From: a virus
Strand: one strand, 5' to 3'
IMG/VR virus record: IMGVR_UViG_3300037458_000314
Location: 1-48,932 of that record
DNA: 48,932 nucleotides
The position numbers were made by a program, and so were the translations under genes. The notes beneath the pieces are model-generated. The model saw only the letters and a program-made list of their open reading frames with translations. It searched no databases and was not told the DNA's origin. Numbering within the stretch: the stretch's first letter is position 1; each line of letters begins with the position of its first letter. Of the stretch, positions 7,635-16,724 are shown in pieces.

Positions 7635-9825
7635 GAAATACTGCGACCACGGGCTGTACGGTGCTTTTGTAGCTACCGCGAACCTGACCATCAATAGCGC
7701 CACGATGACCGTGACCGGACTCACGTCGGGTCGCATCGGCATCGGTGCCGAGGTATCTGGAACCGGCATCCCGGCTGAAACCTACATTTTGTCTCTGGGT
7801 ACTGGTCGTGGTGGGGCTGGCAGCACGACCTACACGTTGAGCAAGAACGCGACCGCAACCGGCACTGGCGTCACTGTGACCGGACAGTACGGTTGCCCAT
7901 CGCTCGATCCGGCGTGGGGCGTAGCGCAGGAGGGTGACGGCACCGCCAGCGGGGCAGCGACCCCGGCGACTGTCAGCGTGGACATGACGGGGTGGACGTT
8001 CAGCACGTCCTCGACTGTCTCGGTGATGGGCGCAACGTCTGCTATCACCTGTACGGCATCTGCTACGTCGTCGTCGGAGACAACGGCTCCGAACGCGCAG
8101 TACAACGCGACCCTGACGACGATGATCGACAACCTCGTGACCGCTATCAACTGGCATGGCGGCACGACGGTAAACATCCCCTCTGGCTGGACCGGAAGGA
8201 AGGTGCGCGACACCGTCTGGGCTCGCCGCAACGGCAACTCCCTGGAGTTGATGACGCGCTCCGGTAGTGCCTCGTGGAACGGCTTGACGGCTCTCGCGTT
8301 CACCAACGTCACCGGCTCGTCGTCGCAGACGTGGGCGAACGGCGCAGGCGGGGCGTGGGGCTACGTCAAGAACATGAACACGGCCTGCTGGCCGTCGTCC
8401 ATCGCCCAAAACTACTACGGGCTCTGGGTGTCCACCCCCCAGGCTGGCGTGTTGGCGGCCGGTGATGTCGTCAACATGCGAAGCAACAAGACGATGAAGC
8501 TCCTAAACGGAAACGCAGGGTCTACTACGATGACCCTGCCCAACATGGGCACCTACGCGAGTCCCGTGGTGTTCAAGTTCGATGACTCTACCATCTGGTC
8601 TGACGGGGCCAATCCCGTGTTCACCGTCAAGATGGCTGCGAATGGGCAGGGATTCCAAGCATCGTTTGGGTGGAATGGGTCGTCTTACTGGGCCATAGAG
8701 GCTCCGAATGATCCCGACACGGGGTACTACGGGCTCGTGATGGAGGGCGGCGATTCGGCCAACTCGGGCGGCAATACTGTCAATGGCCCGATGCGCTATA
8801 CCGGCGTGCATTTCAAGACGGTATCGGCGGGCGCGACCTCGACCTCTGGGATCGTTGATAGTGGCAACGGCTCAGTGGCGTTTGTCGCCAAGAAATGCAA
8901 GTGGACGCTGGGTTGCGACATCCGGCTCCTGAGCACGAACAACAACGGCAACTCTGGCTATCACTATCTTGAGGACTGCGTAATCGACAACGGGTCATAC
9001 GCTTCCGCCAACAACGGGCTGTTGTCGCTTCAGTCTGGTTGCCTAGAAGACGTGTTTCTAGTACGCCCGAAGTTCGTCAACTTCGTTGTGGGCTCGAAAC
9101 TCTGTTACGGCTGGACTACGAGTTATATTGCTAAGCGTGTCCTTATCACCGATCCATCGCTGGGCAATGTGTCTGGCTATGGCGCCAAGTTGGCAACTAC
9201 CTCTACTGGTATTGTCTACAGCATCCCGATGGCAGATACGTTGTGCGTATCGGGCGGGGCCGGTCGCGCCCTGATCCTCGACAATCGGCTGGGCTTCCAA
9301 GAGTGGAACCCAACCCGTGTTTACCCGACGCTGGGTGCCGAGCTGCCAGAGGGAACCAAGTGGTCGATGCGGGCGCATCCGACGACCATCTCGGGGCGGC
9401 TCGATGTCTATCGGCCCTTCAGGTTGCTGCCGGTCGTCAAGTACAACACCCTGGCCGACGGGGCGCGCACCTTCACGATTCCGCTTGCCGTTAAGGACGG
9501 CTTGTCTCTCACGAAGGCTACACTCTGGGCGGAGATCACTTACACCGATGTCAACGACAATCAGGTGACGTTGACCAGCTACGACGCAGGCGCAGGGTCG
9601 TTGACGACAGACACCGGGAACACTTGGTCGCAGGAGTCTGGTGGACAGGTGTATTGGGATGACGGTGGCTTGATCTACTTCAACAAGAAGAAGATCGAGC
9701 TTTCTACCCCTACCGGCAAGAACCTCAAGCAGAACACCGACGTGAAGTGCGTGCTTTGCATGGCTTACACGGCAGGAACGGTGTCCGACATGGTGTTCTT
9801 CGATCCTGACATTCAGATCGCATGA
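7627..9825 (+). CDS. Putative tail spike / tail fibre-like structural protein (732 aa)
   Basis: GTG 7627 overlaps the upstream gene's end. Ser/Thr/Gly/Asn-rich, beta-rich composition. The central part (about 8500-9300) has visibly lower GC than its neighbours. Located in the tail gene block. Confidence 0.5.
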   Translation: MAEKYCDHGLYGAFVATANLTINSATMTVTGLTSGRIGIGAEVSGTGIPAETYILSLGTGRGGAGSTTYTLSKNATATGTGVTVTGQYGCPSLDPAWGVAQEGDGTASGAATPATVSVDMTGWTFSTSSTVSVMGATSAITCTASATSSSETTAPNAQYNATLTTMIDNLVTAINWHGGTTVNIPSGWTGRKVRDTVWARRNGNSLELMTRSGSASWNGLTALAFTNVTGSSSQTWANGAGGAWGYVKNMNTACWPSSIAQNYYGLWVSTPQAGVLAAGDVVNMRSNKTMKLLNGNAGSTTMTLPNMGTYASPVVFKFDDSTIWSDGANPVFTVKMAANGQGFQASFGWNGSSYWAIEAPNDPDTGYYGLVMEGGDSANSGGNTVNGPMRYTGVHFKTVSAGATSTSGIVDSGNGSVAFVAKKCKWTLGCDIRLLSTNNNGNSGYHYLEDCVIDNGSYASANNGLLSLQSGCLEDVFLVRPKFVNFVVGSKLCYGWTTSYIAKRVLITDPSLGNVSGYGAKLATTSTGIVYSIPMADTLCVSGGAGRALILDNRLGFQEWNPTRVYPTLGAELPEGTKWSMRAHPTTISGRLDVYRPFRLLPVVKYNTLADGARTFTIPLAVKDGLSLTKATLWAEITYTDVNDNQVTLTSYDAGAGSLTTDTGNTWSQESGGQVYWDDGGLIYFNKKKIELSTPTGKNLKQNTDVKCVLCMAYTAGTVSDMVFFDPDIQIA

Positions 9826-10229
9826 CGAGTTTCCCCTTCGCCGCTGGCGCACCGTTCCTTTCCACCGTGGTAGAGGTGTGGTCTGCTCGCGGCCCGATGA
9901 AACCGCAGACGTGCGGGGTGTTTGCGAAGCAGCGGCTTTCCACCGATCCTATTGGCACCGCCACCGTGACCTTCTCCGGCATCAACGCCGACTCGGAGAT
10001 TCGCATCTACCTGCCTGACGGCACCGAAGCGGCGGGGGTGGAGAACTGCGACGCAGATCACGTCCTGACATGGGATGCCTACTCACAGGGCAACGCCAAC
10101 AACACGGTGACGATTCGCATCGTCCACCCGGACTACGAGATTCAGGAGTTCACCTACACGACACAGGTCGGGAACCAGTCGATCCCGATCCAGCAACTCC
10201 CTGACCGCTGGTACAGCAACCCGGCTTGA
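9822..10229 (+). CDS. Hypothetical structural protein ending in the ..PDRWYSNPA motif
   Basis: ATG overlaps the upstream TGA (ATGA). 135 aa. Its C-terminal RWYSNP motif is shared with the next gene product. Confidence 0.65.
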   Translation: MTSFPFAAGAPFLSTVVEVWSARGPMKPQTCGVFAKQRLSTDPIGTATVTFSGINADSEIRIYLPDGTEAAGVENCDADHVLTWDAYSQGNANNTVTIRIVHPDYEIQEFTYTTQVGNQSIPIQQLPDRWYSNPA

Positions 10230-10240
10230 GGCACTGAGAC

Positions 10241-11617
10241 ATGGCAAAGATTCTCGACCCTGATCTGCTGACCTACTCGGTCAACAGCGCGACCAACAAC
10301 CTCCGCTTCGACACCACGAACAAGACGATCCAGCTCGTCGCGGGCGGCAACCTCGTCGCGAAGGACGGTGTAACGGGTCAGTGCCTGTTCTCGAAGATCA
10401 AGGAAGTCATCAAGGCAGACGCGACCCTCATCAAGTACGCGCTGCCGGTCAGAGAGATGATCCATGACGAGAGCATGGAGCTGATCAACGGCTGGACGTT
10501 CAAGGACGCCACCACGATCAAGATGGTTCGGGACTGCGGCGTTGCCTACGTCAACACGTCGGGCGCGATCACTGCCATGTTCGCGTGCATGGTGACCCTT
10601 GGCGAGATCGCTGCGGGCACGTCCGAGTCCACTGATCTGTACTTCGTGCAGTCCAGCGCGAGCAACGCCACGCCCGCGTACTTCACGCACCTGAACACGG
10701 CAACGACGTTCGGTGTCAACGAGCTGGTGCAGATTTACTCCGACACCAACGGTGACGGCACGCCAGACTACGATTACCGCTCCTACTTCAAGGTGTTCCT
10801 GCGGCGGGCCGGGTACACCTTCGACGAGTCGAAGAACGCGGACATCGGCTACTCGTCTCTGACCTACAAGAAGTACAACTTCCCGATCACGCACGCGGTT
10901 GATGGTGGCGTGACGGTGGACGACACCACGCTCGCCGGCTACACCGGCATGTCGATCACCTGGTACAACTCGGCGCAGTCCTACTCGCTGGGCACGAACG
11001 GTCCCTACAACTTCCACCTTGTCGTCAACGCCAACGGCAAGACCCACGACCAGCTCTACTCCTGGTTGCAGTACCAGCTTCGGCAGTCTGGAGACATCGA
11101 CGCAGGGGCCGGGAACCGCACCGGCAAGGTCGCTCCTGCCCTGGTCTTTATGAATGGGTCTGTCCTGACGACGATCTACCAAGACACGAACGACTCCTAC
11201 GAGGGCGGCATTCACGTCACCAACCTTGCCGGGTCGAGTCTCAACAACATCGCGGAGCGCGACGACACCAACGCGCTGCGGACGTACCCCTACGTCGCCG
11301 CGATCACGTTCACGTTCGATGACTACCTCGTGGCGGATGGTGCCGACGGCAAGTTCTGGGTCTACGACGCAGCGACCTACCCCGGCAGCGGGGCGACGCT
11401 GCTCAAGGACGCCAGCAACAACGACATGACGGGGACCATCCCGCTCGATGGAGATGTCGCCTTCTCCTACAACTACTCGACAGACAAGAACTGGGTCGGG
11501 GTGGCGGTAGGCAAGTCGAACGCGAAGATCGCGGTAGCCTCTGGGACCATCGTGCAGAGCACCGGAAACGTCGGTGTCTTCGTGGCGGGTCAGGAGCGGT
11601 GGTACTCGAACCCGTAA
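10241..11617 (+). CDS. Hypothetical structural (tail-associated) protein ending in ..QERWYSNP
   Basis: 458-aa ORF with normal amino-acid composition. The 567-aa antisense ORF is Arg/Val/Gly-rich noise. Shares the C-terminal RWYSNP motif. Confidence 0.65.
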   Translation: MAKILDPDLLTYSVNSATNNLRFDTTNKTIQLVAGGNLVAKDGVTGQCLFSKIKEVIKADATLIKYALPVREMIHDESMELINGWTFKDATTIKMVRDCGVAYVNTSGAITAMFACMVTLGEIAAGTSESTDLYFVQSSASNATPAYFTHLNTATTFGVNELVQIYSDTNGDGTPDYDYRSYFKVFLRRAGYTFDESKNADIGYSSLTYKKYNFPITHAVDGGVTVDDTTLAGYTGMSITWYNSAQSYSLGTNGPYNFHLVVNANGKTHDQLYSWLQYQLRQSGDIDAGAGNRTGKVAPALVFMNGSVLTTIYQDTNDSYEGGIHVTNLAGSSLNNIAERDDTNALRTYPYVAAITFTFDDYLVADGADGKFWVYDAATYPGSGATLLKDASNNDMTGTIPLDGDVAFSYNYSTDKNWVGVAVGKSNAKIAVASGTIVQSTGNVGVFVAGQERWYSNP

Positions 11618-11623
11618 GCCGAC

Positions 11624-12133
11624 ATGGCATACACCTTCGACGGGGCCAACAAGCTCGTCATCCTCTCCACGGGGACCGAGAACATCGACCTTGCAGACCT
11701 CTGGAGCCGCTGGAAGGACTGGCTGCTCCAGGGGAATGCCGGGTACGCACGCGCCTTCGACACGGTAGGCGGCGAGGGTATCACCGAGGGTGTTCGCATT
11801 CCGCTCTACCTGTTCATGCAGAACGGTTGGCAGATTAGACCCGACGAGGCTGACCACACCCTATCAGTGTTCGGCGGGATTCTCATCGGTGACGGTGGCG
11901 GCGACCCGTTTGTCTCCACGCTGGGCGACTACACAGTGCGCGTGGTCTACCAGCAACCCGTACAGGCCATCGGCTACTCGACCGAGGGAGGGACGGGGCC
12001 AACTGCCGCGCAGATCGCCTCCGCCGTTGTGGCAGCTCTCCAGGCGACCACGATCCCGGTGGATGTCCGCAAGATCAACGCCACCACCCTGACCGGCACC
12101 GGCACTGCCGGCAACGAGTGGGGCCCGGCGTGA
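11624..12133 (+). CDS. Hypothetical structural protein (169 aa)
   Basis: ATG 6 nt after the previous stop. High GC3. Located in the tail gene block. Confidence 0.65.
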   Translation: MAYTFDGANKLVILSTGTENIDLADLWSRWKDWLLQGNAGYARAFDTVGGEGITEGVRIPLYLFMQNGWQIRPDEADHTLSVFGGILIGDGGGDPFVSTLGDYTVRVVYQQPVQAIGYSTEGGTGPTAAQIASAVVAALQATTIPVDVRKINATTLTGTGTAGNEWGPA

Positions 12134-12369
12134 ATCTGCTCGCCTGGGGCGGCGCCTGGAGAGACAACACCTGGGCCGCGGGCACCTGGGTAATCCTCAT
12201 CGCCAGGGTTCGCTTCGGGGGCGGCGGCCCGCTGAAGCGCCGACCTGAGATTCTGACAGAACCGCAGGTGGTGAGACTCACCGCCCGAGACATCGTGCTG
12301 CGGAGACAGGACGACGAAGACATCGTTCTCGTGATCGCTACCCTGATTGCCGACGACCAGCTGGAGTGA
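12130..12369 (+). CDS. Hypothetical Trp-repeat small protein
   Basis: GTG 12130 overlaps the upstream TGA (alternative start ATG 12118). N-terminus LLAWGGAWRDNTWAAGTW shows regularly spaced Trp. Confidence 0.5.
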   Translation: MNLLAWGGAWRDNTWAAGTWVILIARVRFGGGGPLKRRPEILTEPQVVRLTARDIVLRRQDDEDIVLVIATLIADDQLE

Positions 12370-12372
12370 CCC

Positions 12373-12582
12373 ATGCCGCTCAAGACAGTTCTGACCTGGG
12401 ACGACGTGTTGGTGAAACTGGAGCAGCTTGAACGGCGGCTGGAACTGCTGGAGGAGAAGAAGGTGCCCTCACCACCGGGCCAAAACACCCGCATGGTGCG
12501 GGTGTCCGGCGTCCCCTACGAAGTCCCGGTGGCGGACCTCGGCTGCGGCATAGTGCAGGACTGCGGCAGTCGGCCCGAGTGA
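12373..12582 (+). CDS. Hypothetical small coiled-coil protein (69 aa); last gene of the rightward virion block
   Basis: ATG 12373 lies 4 nt after the previous stop. Contains LEQLERRLELLEEKK. Followed by a hairpin. Confidence 0.55.
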   Translation: MPLKTVLTWDDVLVKLEQLERRLELLEEKKVPSPPGQNTRMVRVSGVPYEVPVADLGCGIVQDCGSRPE

Positions 12583-12620
12583 AAAACCCGCGGGGTCAGC
12601 CGCTTGGACAACCCCGCGGG
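12582..12620 (-). terminator. Intrinsic terminator facing leftward (possibly bidirectional)
   Basis: 9-bp GC stem (12587-12595 pairs with 12612-12620) with a 16-nt loop. On the minus strand it is followed by TTTTT (12586-12582). The stop codon of the leftward HTH ORF lies in the loop. Confidence 0.6.
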
Positions 12621-12808
12621 CTTCGGCCTACGTTGTACCCTCTCCCGTCAGTTGTCTTACCCCATACGGCGCGAGCGAGATCGCTCTGGGATAGCCCCTT
12701 GGTCAGCATCAACTGTTTCAGGCGGCGAGCGAACTGCTCAAGCTCCACCGTCTGCGCCTGGGTCCTGCCGGGCAGAAGTGGCTGGTCTGTGGTTTGGCGT
12801 CGTCCCAT
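12596..12808 (-). CDS. Short XRE/cI-type helix-turn-helix protein (70 aa), apparently truncated after the recognition helix
   Basis: FARRLKQLMLTKGLSQSDLARAVWGKTTDGRGYNVG matches the helix1-helix3 pattern of the XRE family. It has its own promoter, operator and terminator. Confidence 0.6.
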   Translation of the reverse strand: MGRRQTTDQPLLPGRTQAQTVELEQFARRLKQLMLTKGLSQSDLARAVWGKTTDGRGYNVGRSPRGCPSG

Positions 12809-12843
12809 TGTCCTTGGGCTCTCCTATCGGTGCCACTTCGGCA

Positions 12844-12860
12844 CCTAACAGTACGTTAGG
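12844..12860. promoter_or_regulatory. Operator-like palindrome CCTAAC-AGTAC-GTTAGG
   Basis: Perfect 6+6 inverted repeat with a 5-nt spacer. It overlaps the -10 of the leftward promoter. The same CTAAC-N5-GTTAG architecture occurs at 30257 and (imperfectly) at 25540. Confidence 0.5.
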
Positions 12861-12881
12861 TCCGTTGGGTCTGTCTGTCAA
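12853..12881 (-). promoter_or_regulatory. Sigma70-like leftward promoter for the HTH gene
   Basis: Minus strand reads TTGACA (12881-12876), 17-nt spacer, TAACGT (12858-12853), about 45 nt upstream of ATG 12808. Confidence 0.45.
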
Positions 12882-12886
12882 GGTGG

Positions 12887-12914
12887 TTGACAGGGGTTTT
12901 CAGGGTGTTATTTT
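12887..12914 (+). promoter_or_regulatory. Sigma70-like rightward promoter for the replication/early block
   Basis: Perfect -35 TTGACA (12887-12892), 16-nt spacer, TATTTT (12909-12914). Lies back to back with the leftward -35 (TGTCAA-N5-TTGACA). Confidence 0.55.
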
Positions 12915-12945
12915 TCTGGAGTGTCTTCCCTGGAGCCCGACACCG

Positions 12946-13194
12946 ATGACAACCACCGACACCCAACCCGTGAAGTGGAACTACCGCAAGCTGATCAACC
13001 TGCTCGGGGGAACCTCCGGGATCAGGTCCCTGTACCAGCAGTTTGGCGTCCCTCCCCCTTCTCAGGAAAACGTCCTGATGTGGATACGCCGAGACAGCAT
13101 CCCGTCCAACCGGATGGCGATGCTGACCTACTTCCTGGAGGAGGTGAAGGGCATCCCCCTCACAGAAGTCCGGGACGACACGGGGGTCCTGTGA
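12946..13194 (+). CDS. Small putative DNA-binding protein (Cro/YdaS-like), first gene of the rightward early block
   Basis: In-frame ATG 12946 of track ORF 12604..13194. KLINLLGGTSGIRSLYQQFGVPPPSQENVLMWIRRDSIP resembles Cro/YdaS-type HTH (weak, by eye). Position is opposite the XRE-like gene. Confidence 0.4.
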   Translation: MTTTDTQPVKWNYRKLINLLGGTSGIRSLYQQFGVPPPSQENVLMWIRRDSIPSNRMAMLTYFLEEVKGIPLTEVRDDTGVL

Positions 13195-13670
13195 GCGGGC
13201 TGGTTACCCTCGGCATCGACCCCGGCATCACCGGAGCACTGGCCTTCTTGGACGGGGACGAACTCACCATCCACGACATGCCTGTCGTCGCCACCCGCAC
13301 CGGCCGGAAGCAGGTTTCCCCGCATCTTCTGCGCAGCATCATCGAGGCCTACACCCCCTCCGGTCGCCTGCGTGCGGTGGTGGAGGAGGTTCACGCCATG
13401 CCGCGGCAGGGCGTTTCGTCCATGTTCTCGTTTGGCCAGAGTTTCGGCGTGATTCTCGGCGTCCTGGCTGGCATGTACGTTCCGTTTGATCTGGTGTCTC
13501 CGGCTGTGTGGATGAAATCCGCCGGGGTGCAGTCGAAGACACGAGACAAGGATTTCTCCCGGACACGGGCGCTCTCTGTTTTCCCGAGACACGCGAACTT
13601 GTTCAGTCTCAAGAAATATCACGGCCGGGCCGACGCCGCACTGATCGCCTGGTACGGGCAACTTAAATAA
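13191..13670 (+). CDS. RuvC-like Holliday junction resolvase
   Basis: GTG overlaps the upstream TGA. Catalytic-type motifs LGIDPGITGA, VVEEV and GRADAALIAWYG match phage RuvC-fold resolvases. Confidence 0.8.
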   Translation: MSGLVTLGIDPGITGALAFLDGDELTIHDMPVVATRTGRKQVSPHLLRSIIEAYTPSGRLRAVVEEVHAMPRQGVSSMFSFGQSFGVILGVLAGMYVPFDLVSPAVWMKSAGVQSKTRDKDFSRTRALSVFPRHANLFSLKKYHGRADAALIAWYGQLK

Positions 13671-13730
13671 TTTGCCTTTTTCATTTTGTTGGCCTAGTCT
13701 CCTGGCGACACCGACACACCGGACACCCGA

Positions 13731-15062
13731 GTGGACTTGTACGATTTTCAGAAGAAGGGCGCCGACTGGCTTGCCGGCCAGCGCAACGCGCTGTTGGCCG
13801 ACGAAATGGGCCTCGGAAAGACAGCACAAGCCATCGTCGCGGCCCAGAAAATCGGGGCCGAGAAAATCCTCGTCCTCTGCCCCGCCGTCGCCCGGATCAA
13901 CTGGGTCCGCGAATTTAAACGCTGGGGCGGGATCACCGCGCAGGCGGCGCTGACCTTCAAAGACCGACCCCGGTCCAACGTCTACGTCCTCGGCTACCCC
14001 GCCCTGTCCGAGAAGGACCACCCGCTCCGGGCCGCAGTCCTGAAACACGAGTGGGACCTCCTGATCTGCGACGAAGCGCACTGGCTCAAGGGCCCTTCCG
14101 AGCGGACCAAGGCTGTCTACGGCAAGGAGTTCAACGGTGGGCCCGGCTCTCTCGTCGCGCAGGCCGATCGGGTCTGGCTGCTCTCGGGTACGCCCATGCC
14201 CAACCACGCCGGGGAGCTGTACTCCCACCTGCGGGCGCTCCAACCGCAGCGGCTGGCGCACCCGCACTTCCACCGGCCGCTCACCGAGTACGAATGGCAG
14301 GACCGGTTCTGCAACATCCGAGACAGTGACTACGGGCGGCGCATCGCCGGCAGCCGGAACATCCCGGTCCTGAAGAAGCTCCTGGAAGGCTGGGTGCTGC
14401 GCCGGCGGAAAGCCGAAGTGCTCACCGAGCTGCCCTCGATCAGCATCGTCAACACGGTGCTGTCCGGCACGGTCAACAAGGCCATCCTGGCCGAGATAGA
14501 ACACGAGCTGCGGACCATCCTCAACTGCCCGTCAGACGATGTCGAGGCCGTTGTCTCCGCCCTGAAGGCCGCGGCGGTGCACATGGGCCGAATCCGTCGA
14601 CTCACCGGCCTGCTGAAAGCGCCGCTGGTGGCCGACCACGCCCAGACGATCCTGGACGGTGGCGAGCCCAAGGTCATCGTCTTCGTCCACCACCTGGAGG
14701 TGGCCGAGACACTGCGCAAGGCGCTGCTGAACTACCACCCGGTCGTGCTGACCGGGCAGACATCGGCCGCCGCCCGGCAGACCGCCATCGACAGCTTCCA
14801 GGGGGACCCGGAGGTCCGGGTCTTCATCGGCCAGATCACGGCCGCCGGCACCGCCATCACCCTCACCGCTGCCAAGCATGTCTTGATGGCAGAGGCGGAC
14901 TGGGTGCCTGCGAACAACTGGCAGGCCATGTCTCGGGCGCATCGCATCGGCCAGCAGGACGGGGTGCTGGTCGAGTTTCTTTCCATCCCCGACTCCATCG
15001 ACGAAGCCATCAGCGAGGTCTTGACACGCAAGGCCCGCGACTTCGCCGCCATCTTCGACTGA
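13731..15062 (+). CDS. SNF2-family helicase/ATPase
   Basis: Motif I LLADEMGLGKT, motif II ICDEAHWLKG, C-terminal helicase motifs GGTAITLTAA and QAMSRAHRIGQ. Confidence 0.9.
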   Translation: MDLYDFQKKGADWLAGQRNALLADEMGLGKTAQAIVAAQKIGAEKILVLCPAVARINWVREFKRWGGITAQAALTFKDRPRSNVYVLGYPALSEKDHPLRAAVLKHEWDLLICDEAHWLKGPSERTKAVYGKEFNGGPGSLVAQADRVWLLSGTPMPNHAGELYSHLRALQPQRLAHPHFHRPLTEYEWQDRFCNIRDSDYGRRIAGSRNIPVLKKLLEGWVLRRRKAEVLTELPSISIVNTVLSGTVNKAILAEIEHELRTILNCPSDDVEAVVSALKAAAVHMGRIRRLTGLLKAPLVADHAQTILDGGEPKVIVFVHHLEVAETLRKALLNYHPVVLTGQTSAAARQTAIDSFQGDPEVRVFIGQITAAGTAITLTAAKHVLMAEADWVPANNWQAMSRAHRIGQQDGVLVEFLSIPDSIDEAISEVLTRKARDFAAIFD

Positions 15063-15071
15063 GAGGAACCC

Positions 15072-15578
15072 ATGCTATCCATCACGTTCGACTCGAAGGA
15101 CCACCTGTTCCAGCAGATCGCCGAGCTGGGCTGGATGCCCGAGGCACAGACCGTGTCTGCGGCACCACGCGAGCTGTCGGCGCAGGAGTTGCTGGACCGA
15201 CTCCAGGCGGCGCTGCCGGACCAGGAGATCACCCTGCTGCCGAAGAAGCGCGGCCCGGGCCGACCGAAGGGCAGCACGAAGGCTGCGGCGGCGGCGGCGA
15301 AGCCGGCGCCTGAGCCGGTAGCACCGCCTGAGCCCGCGCCGGCGGCCGAGACACCGGTGGAACTCTCCCCGGAAGACGCCATGAAGGCGGCGATGGACAT
15401 CCTCACCCCGATGTACAACGACGCCGTCGGGAAAGAGGCGGTCCTGAAGCTGCGGGATCAGTTCAACGTCAAGAAGTTCGCGCTGCTCCCCAAGGAGCGT
15501 GCACACGAACTGCTCGACGCCGCGCAGAAGCTGGCCGAAGTGATCGTTGTTCCGGATACCGACGAGGAGGGCCTGTGA
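15072..15578 (+). CDS. Hypothetical protein with an AT-hook-like motif
   Basis: KKRGPGRPKGS (GRP core) is followed by an Ala/Pro-rich linker. 168 aa. Its stop overlaps the next start. Confidence 0.65.
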   Translation: MLSITFDSKDHLFQQIAELGWMPEAQTVSAAPRELSAQELLDRLQAALPDQEITLLPKKRGPGRPKGSTKAAAAAAKPAPEPVAPPEPAPAAETPVELSPEDAMKAAMDILTPMYNDAVGKEAVLKLRDQFNVKKFALLPKERAHELLDAAQKLAEVIVVPDTDEEGL

Positions 15579-16723
15579 GTCACGCGGAGCTGTCTCCCAG
15601 TTCGGCCCACCGCTGGATCGCCTGTCCCCGGTCCGTCGTCCTGTCTCGGGGCAAGCCTTCGACGACCTCCGCCTTCGCGGCGGAGGGGACGCTCGCGCAC
15701 AGCCTGGCGGAGCGCGTGCTTCGGCACCGGGAAGACCACACCTGTCTGCTCGGCACCAAACACTCGGTCGACGGCTACGAGATCACCGTCAGCGAGGAGA
15801 TGATCGACGCGATCAGCCTCTACGTTCAGACCGTCGACGCTTACCCGCAGGGGCCCGGCGTGGAGGTCCACACCGAGCTGAAGGTGAAGCTCAACGACGA
15901 TGTCTGGGGAACGGCGGACTGCGTCATCTGGGATGGTGACGCACGACACCTGACCGTCATCGACCTGAAGTACGGGAAGGGCGTCCAGGTCGACGCGGAC
16001 GACAACGAGCAGATGATGATCTACGCGCTGGCCGCCGCGAACACCCGCGGGCTCGCGCCCAAGACCGTCTGCTGCATGATCGTGCAGCCGCGTGTCTCGA
16101 ACCCGGTGAAGAAGACCAGCTTCGAGTATCTGGACTTGCTCATCTGGGAGGAGATGACGCTCGCCCCAGCCATGCAGGCTGTCTCCGATCCATTCACCAA
16201 GCTCAACGTCGGCAACCACTGCCGGTTCTGCCCGGCCAAGCCGGACTGCCCGGAGCTGCGTGGCGAGGTCCTGAAGGCAGCGCAGATGGAGTTCGCCGAG
16301 ACACCACCGGAGCCGAGCACGCTCACGTCCGAGGCGCTGGGCAAGATTCTCGACAAGGCCGAGCTGATCGCAGCCTGGGTCAGCGCCGTCCGTGCCGAAG
16401 CCTCTGGCCGGATCGACCGGGGCGAGGCGGTGCCCGGGTGGAAGCTCGTGCCGAAACGGGCGATGCGGAAGTGGTTCGGACCGCAGGCGGTGGACGAGAT
16501 CAAGAACGCCCTCGGGCTCAACGACGCCGATGTCTACGACTACGAGCCGCGGACTGTCTCGCAGATCGAGAAGCTGGTGAACAGTCTTCTTGGCAAGGGC
16601 GAGTTCACCGAGAGGTTCGGCTCGCTGGTGGTGAAGGAGTCATCTGGCACGACGCTCGCGCCGACGGACGACCCGAGACAGGCAGTGCCGGCCGGACCCA
16701 AGACAGACTTCGAGGAGGTGTGA
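15575..16723 (+). CDS. PD-(D/E)XK nuclease, DUF2800/Cas4-like
   Basis: N-terminus LSPSSAHRWIACPRS, core DCVIWDG....VIDLKYGKG, and C-terminal Cys cluster CRFCPAKPDCPE. Confidence 0.85.
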   Translation: MSHAELSPSSAHRWIACPRSVVLSRGKPSTTSAFAAEGTLAHSLAERVLRHREDHTCLLGTKHSVDGYEITVSEEMIDAISLYVQTVDAYPQGPGVEVHTELKVKLNDDVWGTADCVIWDGDARHLTVIDLKYGKGVQVDADDNEQMMIYALAAANTRGLAPKTVCCMIVQPRVSNPVKKTSFEYLDLLIWEEMTLAPAMQAVSDPFTKLNVGNHCRFCPAKPDCPELRGEVLKAAQMEFAETPPEPSTLTSEALGKILDKAELIAAWVSAVRAEASGRIDRGEAVPGWKLVPKRAMRKWFGPQAVDEIKNALGLNDADVYDYEPRTVSQIEKLVNSLLGKGEFTERFGSLVVKESSGTTLAPTDDPRQAVPAGPKTDFEEV

Positions 16724-16724
16724 C

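Noticed and set aside
10154-11857. 567-aa minus-strand ORF
   Set aside because: It is antisense to 10241..11617 and crosses two gene boundaries. Its composition is typical of antisense noise.
12604-12945. Upstream extension of the Cro-like ORF (track 12604..13194), and the similar 12921..13190 extension of the RuvC-like ORF
   Set aside because: The extensions run through the terminator hairpin, the antisense HTH gene and both promoters. In-frame starts at 12946 and 13191 fit the gene spacing and coupling.
12596-13194. Calling the phage temperate on the basis of the XRE-like/Cro-like pair
   Set aside because: No integrase, recombinase, excisionase, partition or plasmid-maintenance gene is found anywhere in the closed genome. 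The HTH protein also looks truncated.
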